64,000 nucleotides of DNA from Octopus vulgaris (GCA_951406725.2 OX597824.1:42656001-42720000); one strand, 5' to 3'; numbered from the stretch's first letter, positions 14,839 through 27,210 are shown. The notes: generated by a model not told the origin, from the sequence alone. Translations and numbers: made by a program.

Positions 14839-15042
14839 TTGTTGGAACCAAGCAAATTATGGTGATTAGCATCGCTGTAAGGGAATACGAAGCGGTGATA
14901 GAAGCAAAAAATTAACAGGAAAAGTCGATGAACGTGCATCTAGGTACCTGGAGAGACAGGCCCATATCTCAACAGTATTGTGGATCGCTGGACAGTTTAG
15001 GGTACCAATTGAACTGCTCGGGTAACCTACTAGCTTAAAGTA
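14839..15042 (+). repeat. ~204-bp near-identical duplicate of 13242-13445 (Tx1 RT segment)
   Basis: TTGTTGGAACCAAGCAAATTATGG...GGGTAACCTACTAG-TTAAAGTA is present twice with few mismatches. Confidence 0.92.
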
Positions 15043-15730
15043 GCGGAGAGGGACGGAGTGAACTACCTGCATCAACTTTCTATAAAAGCAGGTATTAATT
15101 TTACTTTTTACTTATTCTTAGTGCAAGTTTTTAAGAGTACAGTTGGATTTTAACAGTAATCTTTTCAAAGCTACAATGGAAGTTACAAAGGAGCATATTC
15201 GGTATATTTTGCTTTATGAGTTCAGTAAAGGCAACAACGCAACGGAAAGTACGAGGAATAGTAATGCAGTATATGGGGATCTCTTATTATAAAAGGCAGA
15301 TTTTATCTGCCTCCCTTTGTCTCTTATAGAAATCTACAATATAGGATTTCTTCAATTACAATTTACCTAGCATTTTTAAGAGTAGAATGCATCGAGTCGT
15401 GCCAGGTCCAGTTTTTAAAATTTCAACCCCAATTAAGCAAAATTTAGAGAAAACTCACATTGTGGTGTATAAGTCAAATGCTTTTCTTAGTGTGGGTTAC
15501 AGCACACGCACACACACACACAAACGGAGCAACGATTAAAGTGAAAGTAATTCACTTTTTGTAGTGAGTGACTCTTTCACTCTGCATTCCCACTTCCTCT
15601 TTACACACATAGACACGCAAATATATAAATAAAATTGTAAGCTAACGTGTGTGTGTGTGTGCGTGTGTGTGTGTGTGAGGGTGCGTGTGTGTGTGTGTGT
15701 GTGTGTGCGTGTGCGTGAGTGTGTGACAGG

Positions 15731-16408
15731 AAAGTTTTTAGGACGAATATAAGACCTAAAGTATATCCAAGTAGCAGAAAGATCGCCCAAAAGTGTATAT
15801 AGATATTTAAATGTATTTATATATTCATCTATACACAGATGTATGTATAATGTGTGTGTATATATTTCCATAGAGGTAACCTTTCACTCCATACAAAGTT
15901 TTTTAGGACGAATATAAGATCTAAAGTATATACAAGTAGCAGAAAGATCGCCCAAAAGTGTATATAGATATTTAAATGTATTTATATATTCATCTATACA
16001 CAGATGTATGTATAATGTGTGTGTATATATTTCCATAGACGTAACCATTCACTCCATACAAAGTTTTTTAGGACGAAAATAAGATCTAAAGTTATCTCTA
16101 AGAAACAGAAAGATCGCCCAAAAGTGTATATAGATATTTAAATGTATTTATATATTCATCTATACACAGATGTATGTATAATGTGTGTGTATATTTTCCA
16201 TAGACGTAACCATTCACTCCATACAAAGTTTTTAGGACGAAAATAAGATCTAAAGTTATCTCTAAGAAACAGAAAGATCGCCCAAAAGTGTATATAGATA
16301 TAAATGTATTTATATATTCATCTATACACACATGTATGTATAATGTGCGTGTATATATTTCCATAGAGGTAACCATTTAATCCATACAAAGTTTTTTAGG
16401 ACGAAAAT
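15731..16408 (+). repeat. ~165-bp tandem repeat, ~4 copies, inside the Helitron
   Basis: AAAGTTTTT(T)AGGACGAA recurs at 15731, 15895, 16060, 16225 and 16388. Confidence 0.95.
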
Positions 16409-16638
16409 ATTTATATATAAAAGAAAGGTTGTGTCTGTCTACTCCGATTTAGATTCCTAACTACTCCCACATTTTGCGATGCCGTTTAACCAAAACTGGG
16501 TATCTTATAGTCGTGATTCATATCGAGCCCTTCTGGGTATTAGCGCGCGTCTACGATGAGTCTATGATTTTACAAATAATTTACCATCATTTCTTTCCAT
16601 TTTAATGCATATTTTTTTAATAAAGGGAAGTAACTCTC

Positions 16639-17150
16639 AAACTTCACACCAATATGCGTGCTCATATGCGACGTAATATCACATCAGCAGCATTTCCTCA
16701 CACCCTCCTTGCACTTGGCGAAGGCAAAATACCAGGGGATGAAAATGGTAATATTGCCATCGATTCCATTTGTACCATTGTTAAGACGCCTTCTGATCTC
16801 AGAGATGCAGTGTTTCCCAGATCTACAAGCTAATTATCAGAATATGGATTGGATTGGCAAAAAGGCTATACTGGCCCCGAGGAATAAAACTGTTCACCAT
16901 ATTAATGATGAAATGCTAAAACTCATTCCTGGGGAAGTCTACGTATATCAGTCTATCGATACAACTCCTGACCCAGAGGACGTCATCAACTATCCAATAG
17001 AGGTACTCAATTCCTTTGAGCACCCCGGACTACCACCACACTTTCTCAAACTTAAAGTTGGTGCCCCCAAAATACTCATCAGAAATTTGGTTCCCCAAAA
17101 ACAATGCAATGGCACACGTTTGATCGTTAAGTCCTTATCTCCCACCGTAA
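16639..17150 (+). pseudogene. Helitron RepHel PIF1-like helicase fragment
   Basis: KLHTNMR, KAILAPRN, LNS...GLPPH.LKLKVGAP...IRNL...CNGTRL motifs; frameshifted. Confidence 0.92.
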
Positions 17151-18079
17151 ACTTATATCAATATTTGCCTGAATAATCATCATAATTCAGTGCAATCATT
17201 AACAGTACTTTCAAGCATTTCAGCCCCGAGCAACGCCGGGCAATTCTGCTAGTCGGATAATAAGCGTAAGCCAGTTTCAATGTTGGCTCAAGAAATTCCC
17301 AGTCGGAAACTACAGCCTAGAAGACGAGCCTCGTCCTGGAAGATCTGTAGAACTCGTCCTGCAAGCCCTGATGGATCAGAATCCCATCGGAACTATCAGA
17401 GAAGCTTGGATTTGGTCATTCAACCATTCATCGACAAGTACCATCGAAAAAGTCAGCAAATTAGGTCAATGGGTTCCTCACAAACATTCTGAGTCTAACC
17501 GCGTGCAGAGAATGAATGTGTGCTCTTTTTTGTTGCCATGTCTCACGAATGAACCTTTTTGCACCGAATAGTGTAGTGACTGGTGAGAAATGGGTTCTCT
17601 CTAAAAATGTCAAGCGCCAAAAATAGTGGCTAGGGAAAGGAGAAACACAGGCACCCCAGGCTAAAGAAGGACTTCACTCACGTAAGTTGCTATCTGTTTG
17701 GTGGGATATGCAACGTTTAGTCCATTTGGAACTTTTAAGCCAAACCAAACAATAAGATCTACTCCGAGCAGCTTGAGCGGCTTAAGTCAGCGCTAGTAGT
17801 AAAACGACCATCTTTGGTTTCAAGACGAAAGGTGTTCTTCCATCACGATAGTGCTCCGCCACATACAACGAGAATGACATTCCAAAGGCTGGAGCAGTTT
17901 GAATGGGAAACGATGCCCTACCCACGATATTCGGGAAAGCTATGTTGTTATCCTCATTCCGTAAACGGTGGCTTTTAACGGATGGGGAGCTGAACCATCC
18001 TGGGGTACAGAGGATTCGCAATCTAGACTAGGGTTTGAAAGTTTACCACACCATAATGGGTTACACCATGGTTCCTCTG

Positions 18080-18269
18080 CTTTGTGGCAGAAGTAGGAAG
18101 AACGAGTGAGAGAAAGTTGTGGTGAAAGACTACAGCGGGATTCACCCGGAGCCTCGTGGAGCTTAGGTGTTTTTGCTCAATAAACACTCGATGCCCGGTC
18201 TGGGAATCGAAACCGCTTTCTTACGATCGCGAGCCCGCTGCCCTAACCACCGGGCCATTGCGCTTCCAC
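18080..18269 (-). mobile_element. tRNA-derived SINE, family C
   Basis: Minus strand A box TGGCCCGGTGG and B box GTTTCGATTCCC, followed by ...TTGAGCAAAAACACC. Confidence 0.75.
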
Positions 18270-18656
18270 TGTTGTTGCTGTTGTTGTTATTGTCGCTGTC
18301 ATCGTTTTCGTTCGTGTATATTTTTTTTTACTTTTGTATCTGAGAAAAGGGAACTACTTCAATCTCCCTCTCTGCCTTCAAAACTATGTGCCACTTCTTC
18401 CTCTCGGTGGCTGACTATTAAAGACGACGCCATATTTTAAATTAGTATTTTTCGTAAACAAAAATTTAAAAAAATTTTTGGAAGTTTTTACCCCAAAGAG
18501 GCGAGAAACTAAAGGCGGATAACTCGTCCACTGGGCTCTTAGCTTAATGACATGTATTTATTAATGGTGGGGGCTGAAGGTTAAAACAAACCTTATGCGG
18601 AGCACTCGATTTCGTATTGTAATTACAATAACAACAGCAACAAAAACAATAGTAGT

Positions 18657-18792
18657 AGTTTCAAATTTTGGCACAAAGCCTGCAGTTTTAGAGAGAGGTG
18701 TTTTGTCGATTACATCGACACTACTCCTTGACCTTTACATGTTTTACCGACCTTGAAATGATGACAAAGTCATCCTCGGTGGAATTTGAACT
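18657..18792 (-). mobile_element. SINE family B fragment
   Basis: rc of ...GTTCAAATTCCACCGAGG...TCGATGTAATCGAC...TTGTGCCAAAATTTGAAAC. Confidence 0.65.
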
Positions 18793-19186
18793 TAATAATA
18801 ATTGCTGTTGTTGTTATTATTATTATTGTTGTTCTTTGGATTTGTTTTATTGTTGCTATAAAAGAGGAAGAGGAAGAGGAGGAGGAGGATACAATAATTA
18901 CCAGACCTAAAAAATAACTACTAGGGTCGATTTGTTCGACTAAACTATTTAAGGTGGTGCCCCAGCATGGCCGCAGACCAAAGAAAGAAACGAGTGAAAG
19001 ATAAAAGATAATGGTGCAAACATCATTCTACGTTCTACATTTCCAAAGCATAATGTTGCATGCAGTTCAGTGACATGATGAGGGTAAATGATAATTTCTT
19101 TATTTGCCACAAGCGCAGACGCTGCGATGACACTTCACAGACCGTCTACACACACGGGGTGGTAGTTGACAGAGAATCGAACATAG

Positions 19187-19224
<38 letters not shown>

Positions 19225-19927
19225 AAAGAGAGAGAGAGAAAGGAAGGGAGAAAGAGAGGAGATATAGAGAGAAAGGGAGGGAAAGAGAGAAAGAGAGAGG
19301 AATAGAGAGGGAGAGAGAGAGAAAGGAAGAGGGAGAGAGAGGGGGAGAAAAAGAGAGAGAGAATAAAATTTGAAGAGCTGGTTCATAAATTATATTATAC
19401 GTCTTCAGAGATTCAGACCGCACGTAATTAAAAGATCGCGTAATTAAGTCATTTATGAACCGACAACTCACTTTTGTTTTTTTCTATCTATACTCTGTGA
19501 TCTTTGTAACGATGGGACCAGAAAAAGGAAAACTGAACCTTAATATGGGTTTTCTTCGCAGTTTTCTGTTTTCGATATATACGGATGCACATAGAATTTT
19601 AAATACTGTTTCTGTCAATGATTATAATCCCACTATGTAATCACACACGTATTGATGTTTGTTTCTACTTTGTAATAAAAACAGACTTAGATTAAACAGA
19701 AAAATTACTCGATACTTTTGGCAGAGTACAAATTTTAAAATTTTTAACAAGTATAGTATTGACAGTGATTTCTAAGTTTCGGCCAGTAAGCTATCAGGAA
19801 ACAGTTCGATGATGGCTTAGGTGGCCGAAATTCGAAAGTCAATGTCAATAACTATTCCTATTAAAGAATAATATGAGTATGTGTGTGTGTATCTCTCTTT
19901 CTCTCTCTCTCTTTCTCTCTCTCTCTC

Positions 19928-19975
<48 letters not shown>

Positions 19976-19978
<3 letters not shown>

Positions 19979-20177
19979 CAGAATCGTTAGCACACTGGGT
20001 AAAATGCTTAGCGGCATTTCGTCCGTCATTACGTTCTGAGTTCAAATTCTGCCGAGGCCGACTTTACCTTTCATCCTTTCAGAGTCGATAAAATAAGTAC
20101 CAGTTGCGCACTGGGCTCAATCTAATCGACTTAGCTCTCCCACGAACTTGCTGGTCTTGCCAAAATCTCAAACCAAT
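19976..20177 (+). mobile_element. SINE family B
   Basis: TGGCAGAATCGTTAGCAC...GTTCTGAGTTCAAATTCTGCCGAGG...CTTTCATCCTTTC..TCGATAAAATAAGTACCAG. Confidence 0.88.
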
Positions 20178-20228
20178 ATCTCTCTCAATTTATCTATCTA
20201 TCTGTCTGCCTGTCTGTCTGTCTGTCTA

Positions 20229-20273
<45 letters not shown>

Positions 20274-20334
20274 CTGCCTGTCTATATGTCTATCTATCAA
20301 TCTGTCTATTCGCCTGTCTATCTATTTATCTATT

Positions 20335-20381
<47 letters not shown>

Positions 20382-20411
20382 ATATCTATCTATCTATCTA
20401 TCATCTATCTA

Positions 20412-20442
<31 letters not shown>

Positions 20443-20499
20443 CTCCATCTATCTATTTATTTCTCCATTTCTCCATCTATCTGTCTATCCATCCATCTA

Positions 20500-20562
<63 letters not shown>

Positions 20563-21083
20563 CTCATCAACTTATTCAAGTACCACTTGAAAAGGAAAAT
20601 GAGAATAGAGAGGCAAGTTTTGTCTAGCGAATGTTTTAAAAAAAGATGGGTGAATGTAGCAAGAATGGCACGTATGAATGACGAAGCCACCTTGAGCATG
20701 ATCCTATGAACCCAGAAATTGAAAACAGAGAGTTGCTTATTCGCAAAAAAAAAAAAAAAAAGAAATATAACATGTGACTCCATTGACCGAGGTTACCGTG
20801 GTCTTTTCCGTAGGCTTTTCTTTCCACGGGTAAACCTCACCTGTCCTCCCCTTTACACTTCATATTGACATTTCTGTGATAACGATCCCTATTGATCAAT
20901 TTTTATTTCCTCTCCCCCTTTTTTTTAACCCCCCTTTTTTTGTCCTCTTTCTCTCCTTTTACGCGATCACTTTTGATCGAAACTCCCCCTTCCTTTTTTT
21001 TTTTTTTAAACCTTCAAAAGAAAAGCTCTACCTTGTAATTTGTTCTATCTGTGTGCAGCCCTGTGTGGCTAATAAAGAAACAT
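20563..21083 (+). mobile_element. 5'-truncated Tx1/L1 LINE 3' end inserted in (CTAT)n
   Basis: LINLFKYHLKRKMRIERQVL...ARMARMNDEATLSMIL* is homologous to the end of the 12740-14310 relic. The T-rich 3' UTR ends AATAAAGAAA. (CTAT)n lies on both sides. Confidence 0.8.
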
Positions 21084-21215
21084 ATCTATCTATCTATCTA
21101 TCTAACTAACTATCTATCTATTGTTTTTCTGTCTGTGTGTATGTATGCATGTATGTTTGTATGAATACCTGTATTATGAGAAGTAAAGCAGATAAAATCA
21201 ACTATACTGCGACTG

Positions 21216-21265
<50 letters not shown>

Positions 21266-21904
21266 GCTACTACTATTGCTGCTGCTACTATTGCTGCTGC
21301 TGCTACTACTACGACTACTACTTCTACTACAACTACTTAACTGGTATTTATTCAGTCGATCACCAGAACGATGTTGAACACGGCGGGATTTGAAATCAGA
21401 GTGAAATGAACGTAACTAAACACAGCAAGAGTCTAACGTCTAGTGTCTAGCGCTGCAGCCACTTCATCGCCTATTTCTTCCGCAATATTGCCTGAGGAGC
21501 ATGGAATAACAGATTGCAGTTTTGTTTCCTACCGCGCTGTTGTTTTTGTTGTTGTTATTGTTGTTGTATCCATTTTCTTGAGCCATTTTGGGTAGGAGGG
21601 ACAACCAGCAACAATGAGAAGAATAAGTGGGACCACAGCGACAAAGTCGTCATCGACAACAACAATAACAATACAAACAATTTGCAGATTAAGGAGATGC
21701 TTTTTTTATTTTTGTTTTTGCTTTCTTTGCTTCAATTTTTTTTAGTGTGCTTCTCTCTTTCTCTTTCTTTTTCTCTTTCTCCATTTATTTCTCCCTCGCT
21801 CTTCTCTCTCTCTCTCTCCAAATTCTGAGGCTTCATACCTAATTGAGAAATCATCGTCATCACCATTACCATCATAATCATCATCGCCTTCATTATCATC
21901 ATTG

Positions 21905-21948
<44 letters not shown>

Positions 21949-22175
21949 GTAATAATAATAATAATAATAATGATAATTATCCTTATTATTTTTGTTGGCA
22001 TAGTCGTTACCGTAGTTATTGTTCTTTCAATTGTAAGCTGGCCGTCATGACTGTCTCTGCCCGCGAAAGTGAAAGTAGATAGGAAGAGAATAAAAGGAAA
22101 AATTTTTTAAGAAGAAAGAAAGAAAAGTGAAGGAGTGCAAAATATATGAAGACAGAAAGATATGTGAAAGAAAAG

Positions 22176-22229
<54 letters not shown>

Positions 22230-22289
22230 TATGTATATATGCATGTATATATGGATATATAAATACATATGTATATATATGTGTATATG

Positions 22290-22323
<34 letters not shown>

Positions 22324-22870
22324 AGTGTATCTGTGTATGTATGTATGTATGTATGTATGTATGTATGTATGTATGCGTGTGGCGGTAGGATTAGTCTATT
22401 ACACTGGATGTATGGCAGATTTGAATTGAAGCCCTAGCAATGTCTCTTAGTCTTCTTCATTGTATTTAATAATTGATGTTACTTGAATGCTCCTCTTAAA
22501 ATGGCCAGCTTAGCAAATCGAATATAGCTGAGCCTTACTAATATTGTTGGAAGCATTTCAACCAAAACTTGAGTCCTGTTTCGTTTCCGGAAGAAAACCT
22601 ATAATATTTTTTGGCAATAACGACAACAGTAGCAGCAACAACAACAAATACAACAACAACAACAAAAATAGCAGCATCATTAACTTCCCACTGATTATCA
22701 ATAATACTGTCGTCGTCATCATCATGAACATCATCATCCACATCTTCATCACCACCATCACCATCAACATCCTCATCTTCAATATCGCCATCATTAACCG
22801 CGCCATCAAGAAGTAAATAATGTGTAGGCACTTTACATAGGTTTATGTATGTATGTATATATATATATAT

Positions 22871-22925
22871 CACGTGATCACGTGATCACCAGTGATGTTG
22901 CCGATACGCTGGTACAGGCTAGCTC

Positions 22926-22966
<41 letters not shown>

Positions 22967-23068
22967 CTAGCGGGGTGGCGTCATTTGAAGGCTAAAACAA
23001 TGCGAAGCGTATTGTGACCAGCGATGTGTAGCAACATCTGATAGCCTGGTCGGTCACGTGATCACGTG
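22871..23068. mobile_element. Small TIR element (CAC-terminal, CMC/EnSpm-like MITE) in (TA)n
   Basis: Both ends are CACGTGATCACGTGA. Subterminal GATGTTGC...CGCTGGT(C)ACA is mirrored on both sides. Confidence 0.7.
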
Positions 23069-23112
23069 ATCACATGTATACATATATACATACATAAACC
23101 TATATATATATG

Positions 23113-23143
<31 letters not shown>

Positions 23144-23187
23144 GTGTCTGTATAGATGTATGTAAATATAAACATAATATATATATG

Positions 23188-23237
<50 letters not shown>

Positions 23238-23623
23238 CATCTATATGTATATAAATGTATATTCATATATATATATATATAAATACATATACATAGACAG
23301 ATACATATATAAATACATATATGTACATATATACATGCATAAATATATATATATACATACACATGCATATATACATACACACACAAGCACACACATAAAT
23401 GTTTGAAAACTGAGGAATGACTCGCTCTTTTTTGCCAAATGGTTCGATTTTCATGATAAACCCATGTGTTAACCGGGTCCGGCCTGCATGCGATGACAGC
23501 TGTGCTACATAAATTTACATACCAACAGCGTACGGACACTTAGAGACTGTGTGTCTGAAGGTTTTTAAAACATCAACAACAGTAACACAGCAACAACTAC
23601 TGCTGCTGCTGCTACTACTACTA

Positions 23624-23679
<56 letters not shown>

Positions 23680-23887
23680 GCTGCTGCTACTGCTGCTGCT
23701 GCTAGTACTACTACTACTACTGGCAAATTTGTTTGAACATCGGACAAAATGTTTCGCAGTATTTCTTCCGACATTTTACGTTCTGAAGTCAAATTTCGAA
23801 TAAGTACTAACTGAACAGTGGGGTCGAGTTAACCGGCTTTCTCCATTCCATTTGAGTTTAGGGGCCTTGTGCTTATTGTAGAAGTGA

Positions 23888-24085
23888 CTGGCAGGGTCGT
23901 TAGCGTGCCGGGCAAAATGATTAGCGACAGTTCGTTCGTCTTTACGTTCTGAGTTCAAATTCTGCGAGGTCGACTTTGCCTCCTTTCGGGGTCGATAAAG
24001 TGAGTACCAGTTAAGCATTGGGGTCATTGTAATCGATTAGTCTCTTACCCCAAAAATTTCAAGCCATGTGCCAATAATACAAACG

Positions 24086-24086
<1 letters not shown>
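23888..24086 (+). mobile_element. SINE family B, preceded by a degenerate copy at ~23720-23880
   Basis: Family B head and body motifs; ends in (ATT)n. Confidence 0.85.
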
Positions 24087-24125
<39 letters not shown>

Positions 24126-24371
24126 GTGAAGGAGTGAGCAATGCATGTCATCAAAATTACACTGGAGTAAAATATACGAAGCCCAGTATACCTCTCATGA
24201 CTATCCATATCTGATAAGGATACACCAGGCACATGCATCACAATCACATGTGCGTGACATGGTAATCTCATATCAAGAGAAACAGTGCATGACCTTGCAG
24301 GTGGGGCCCACTTAGGATTTCCTACAGGTCGAGCAGCTCTTCCCACTCAAAAGGTCCCTGAATAAGGGTTG
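24126..24371 (-). mobile_element. (AAT)n-tailed non-coding element D, 5'-truncated
   Basis: Homologous to 43736, 46126, 46949 and 48392; abuts (ATT)n. Confidence 0.85.
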
Positions 24372-24390
24372 GTGTTGCTGTTGTTGTTGA

Positions 24391-24530
24391 GGCGGCGAGA
24401 TGGCAGAATCATTAGCATGCTGAATGAAATGTTTAGAGGTATTTCGCCCGTCGCTACGTTCTGTGTTCAGATTCCGTTAAGGTCAACATTGTCTTTCATC
24501 CTTTCGGGGTCGATAAATTAAGTACCAGTA
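24391..24530 (+). mobile_element. SINE family B, 3'-truncated
   Basis: GGCGGCGAGATGGCAGAATC...TTTCATCCTTTCGGGGTCGATAAATTAAGTACCAG. Confidence 0.85.
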
Positions 24531-24543
24531 GAAAAGTTTGTTA

Positions 24544-24612
<69 letters not shown>

Positions 24613-24640
24613 TATTATTATTATTATCATTATTATTATT

Positions 24641-25170
24641 GCCTTTTCACAGCTTCTAACGCTGGAGATGTACTACAGAGTCAGCTGTTCACTACCAGTG
24701 AACTAAGGTAACACCTATTATTTTTCGAGCACCTTCCTGAGTATTCGAGCGGTTCCAAGCAATGCTGTTTTCTGCAGGTGCTCCACCCTTATTGTACTCT
24801 TATTGTCAACTACGTATGCTATGTCCATGATCCAGCATAGTTTGTCTTCTTTTTCAATTAAGACTATGACCGGCTTCCAATTCTCAATCTCATGGTCGCA
24901 CTAAATCATAAAATCCCATAGGACCTTTGCATTTCTATTTTCGTCGATGCCTTCAGGTTTGTGGTCATACCAATTTTTTGCTCTGTCAAGTCCATACTTG
25001 TTGCAAAGTGTCCAATGGACAAGCCTGGCTATATTGTCATGGCGTCTCTTATATTCCTTCTGGGCTAGTGGCGTACATTGGCTAGTAATATGCCATACAG
25101 TTTCACCGTTTTGTTCACAGATTCTGCACTTATCACTTTCTGCTATGTTGTTTATTCTGTTCACTTTCTA
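24641..25170 (-). mobile_element. R4/Dong-type LINE 3' fragment (CCHC + RLE)
   Basis: CRICEQNGETVWHITSQC...RRHDNIA...LWDF; LQKTALLGTARILRKVL; (TAA)n tail at 24550-24640. Confidence 0.9.
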
Positions 25171-25204
25171 CTGTGTTGTCTATTATTATTATTGGTGGTG
25201 TTGC

Positions 25205-25262
<58 letters not shown>

Positions 25263-25264
25263 AT

Positions 25265-25890
25265 TTTGATTCTCGCTGTTGAAAACTTGAAAGCAGGTAA
25301 TAACAAATCACCAAAGGTTTCAAGTAGTGCCTTCTCCTGTGACTCAAACAGACAATACTCTCCTTAGAATGCGAGTTGTACCCAACGATGCTGTCTTCTG
25401 GATCACCTCGAGCCTGGCAGCAGCCCCAATATTCTTAATATGTTTTTCAATGTCCTTGGAAACTGCTCCTAATGCCCCAATTACCACCGGTATTACCATT
25501 GCTTTCCTCGCGCCCCATGACTTTCCTATCTCGTCCCGCATGGCTGGTATTTCTCACTCTTTTCTATTTCCTTACATTTTACCCTCGAATCGCCTGGTAT
25601 TGCAACATCTATTATCTTTGCTTCTTTTCATCTTTATAGATGATCACCACATCTGACCGTCTCGCAATGTTCATTTTCCATTACTCCCTCTGGCTTGTGT
25701 TCATACCACAGTTCGGCTCTTTCGAGGTTTGCTTTACCGCACAACAGCTAGTGGACATATCTGGCCACATTTTCATGTCTCCTTTTGTATTCGCGTTATG
25801 CGAGTATACAGTACTCACTAACAATATGGCTTATACTTTCCCCCTTCTCAGAGCACATCCTGCACTGTAGCGTGTCAGTGCTTTTATCAA
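25265..25890 (-). mobile_element. Second R4/Dong-type LINE 3' fragment
   Basis: VIPVVIGALG...IQKTASLGTTRILRRVL; (AAC)n/(AAT)n tail. Confidence 0.88.
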
Positions 25891-25924
25891 TTATTATTGT
25901 TGTTATTGTTGTTGTTGTTGTTGT

Positions 25925-26090
25925 TCATATACGCACAACAAATTAGGCTGTTATAAAAGAAAAAAAATTTAACATCAGGCTACAAGTACCCTTAGATGCC
26001 GAAAACGCTCGTAAGTATCCCAGCTGTCCCTAATAATATTGTTCTCTGGGGTTGTGCAAAACTGGGTGCTCTCTGGAGATGACCTAAAGT
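25925..26090 (-). mobile_element. Third, short R4/Dong-type LINE 3' tip
   Basis: ...QRTILLGTAGILTSVFGI* followed by a UTR and (AAC)n. Confidence 0.65.
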
Positions 26091-26723
26091 TGTTGTTGTT
26101 GTTCCAAATGGAAATATGCCACTAAAGAAGTTTGCTAAGCAACGTGAGTCTGATGAGACAGCGATTTCTACATTTGGAGACGGAGTACAGCAAAATCCTC
26201 AGCTCACAAGCATTTACCCTGAAAGTCACGATAAACTGTCACTGTCACAGTAAAAACATTAAACATTAACAATCACAGCAACCACTGTAAATTGGATTAT
26301 AAAGATAAATTACAACTAGTAGCTACAGGGTTATATATGAAACACAGAGCACAACGTACTTGTGCTCGGCGGAAGCCATATTCTAGAGGTTGGATCAAGA
26401 ACTAAATTCAAGCCGGTGTGTGTTAAATATTCAATTATAGTAGGGTGGTGCTGAAGCATGTAGTCACCCGCATCAAACTAATACCCGGAACTAAATTACT
26501 GTGGTTTCATACTACTCTTTTAAGCTTTTACTTGTCTCAGCCATTTGACTGCGGTCATGTTGAAGCACCGCCTTTAGTCGAACAGATCGACACTAGAACT
26601 TATTCACTGTAAGTCTAGTACTTACTCTAGCGATCTGTCTTGCCGAACCACTAAGTTATGGGGACGTAAACACACCAACATCGGTTGTCAAGCGATGGTG
26701 GGATGACAAACACAAACACACAA

Positions 26724-26771
<48 letters not shown>

Positions 26772-26776
<5 letters not shown>

Positions 26777-26964
26777 GAATTTACAAGAAAAACAAAAGGC
26801 GAAGACGGGTGTGTAAACAACAAACAGATGTATTAGTTTAACGTTCGGGAAGTGAGAAAGTCTTTTACGTTTCAAGCCTACGCTATTCGACAGAAAGGAA
26901 CACAAAAATAAACCGGGAGAAAAAATTAAAAAAGGTTTAGTGGCTAGCGATCTATTATGGCGAA
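26772..26964 (-). mobile_element. ~190-bp (TA)n-inserted element E with variant hammerhead-like motif
   Basis: Homologous in opposite orientation to 55011-55167 (CGCCAT-ATAGATCGCTAGCCACTA). Motif at 26862-26897. Confidence 0.7.
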
Positions 26965-26976
26965 TATATATATATA

Positions 26977-27210
26977 TTATTAAAAGCAGCAGAAATATCC
27001 CAAAAACAGTTACAGAGAGTTTCACGTTCCCGTTCGTCGGACAGTTTTGTTAGAATCTAACAAAACTGTCTGACGAACGTGAACGTGAAACTCTGAGTAA
27101 CAGTTTTTATGATATTTCTGCTGCTTTTAATAAAGCATATTATTCTACCCCTGGTACTTAAGTACTCCTTTTTCCACCTTGTTTCACATTTATGTGCTTA
27201 CTCCGGTATA
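26977..27210 (+). mobile_element. Penelope-type pLTR fragment with inverted 5' copy (palindrome 26977-27133)
   Basis: ~77-bp arms around a 3-nt centre, each arm carrying a hammerhead; inserted in (TA)n. Confidence 0.78.
27062..27107 (+). ncRNA. Minimal type I hammerhead ribozyme
   Basis: AAAACTGT-CTGACGA-ACG TGAA CGT-GAAA-CTC T GAG-TA-ACAGTTTT. All three stems pair and the core is intact. Confidence 0.88.

Larger units (their letters stand above)
15280..17252 (+). mobile_element. Helitron, internally deleted, with PIF1-type helicase fragment
   Basis: 5' TC; 3' hairpin CCCGAGCAACGCCGGG + CTAG; A|T target; no TSD. Confidence 0.93.
15093..17932 (+). mobile_element. Mariner (DD34D) transposase pseudogene split by a Helitron
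   Basis: ATG at 15176 MEVTKEHIRYILLYEF...AVYGD resumes at 17253 (RIISV...SLEDEPRPGR, WVPHK, VTG-EKW, HHDSAPPH, PYPRYS). Confidence 0.92.

Noticed and set aside
15731-16408. CRISPR or multi-copy RNA gene array
   Set aside because: Whole 165-bp units are repeated without spacers, inside a Helitron.
16658-17176. Host PIF1 helicase gene
   Set aside because: A frameshifted fragment enclosed by Helitron termini.
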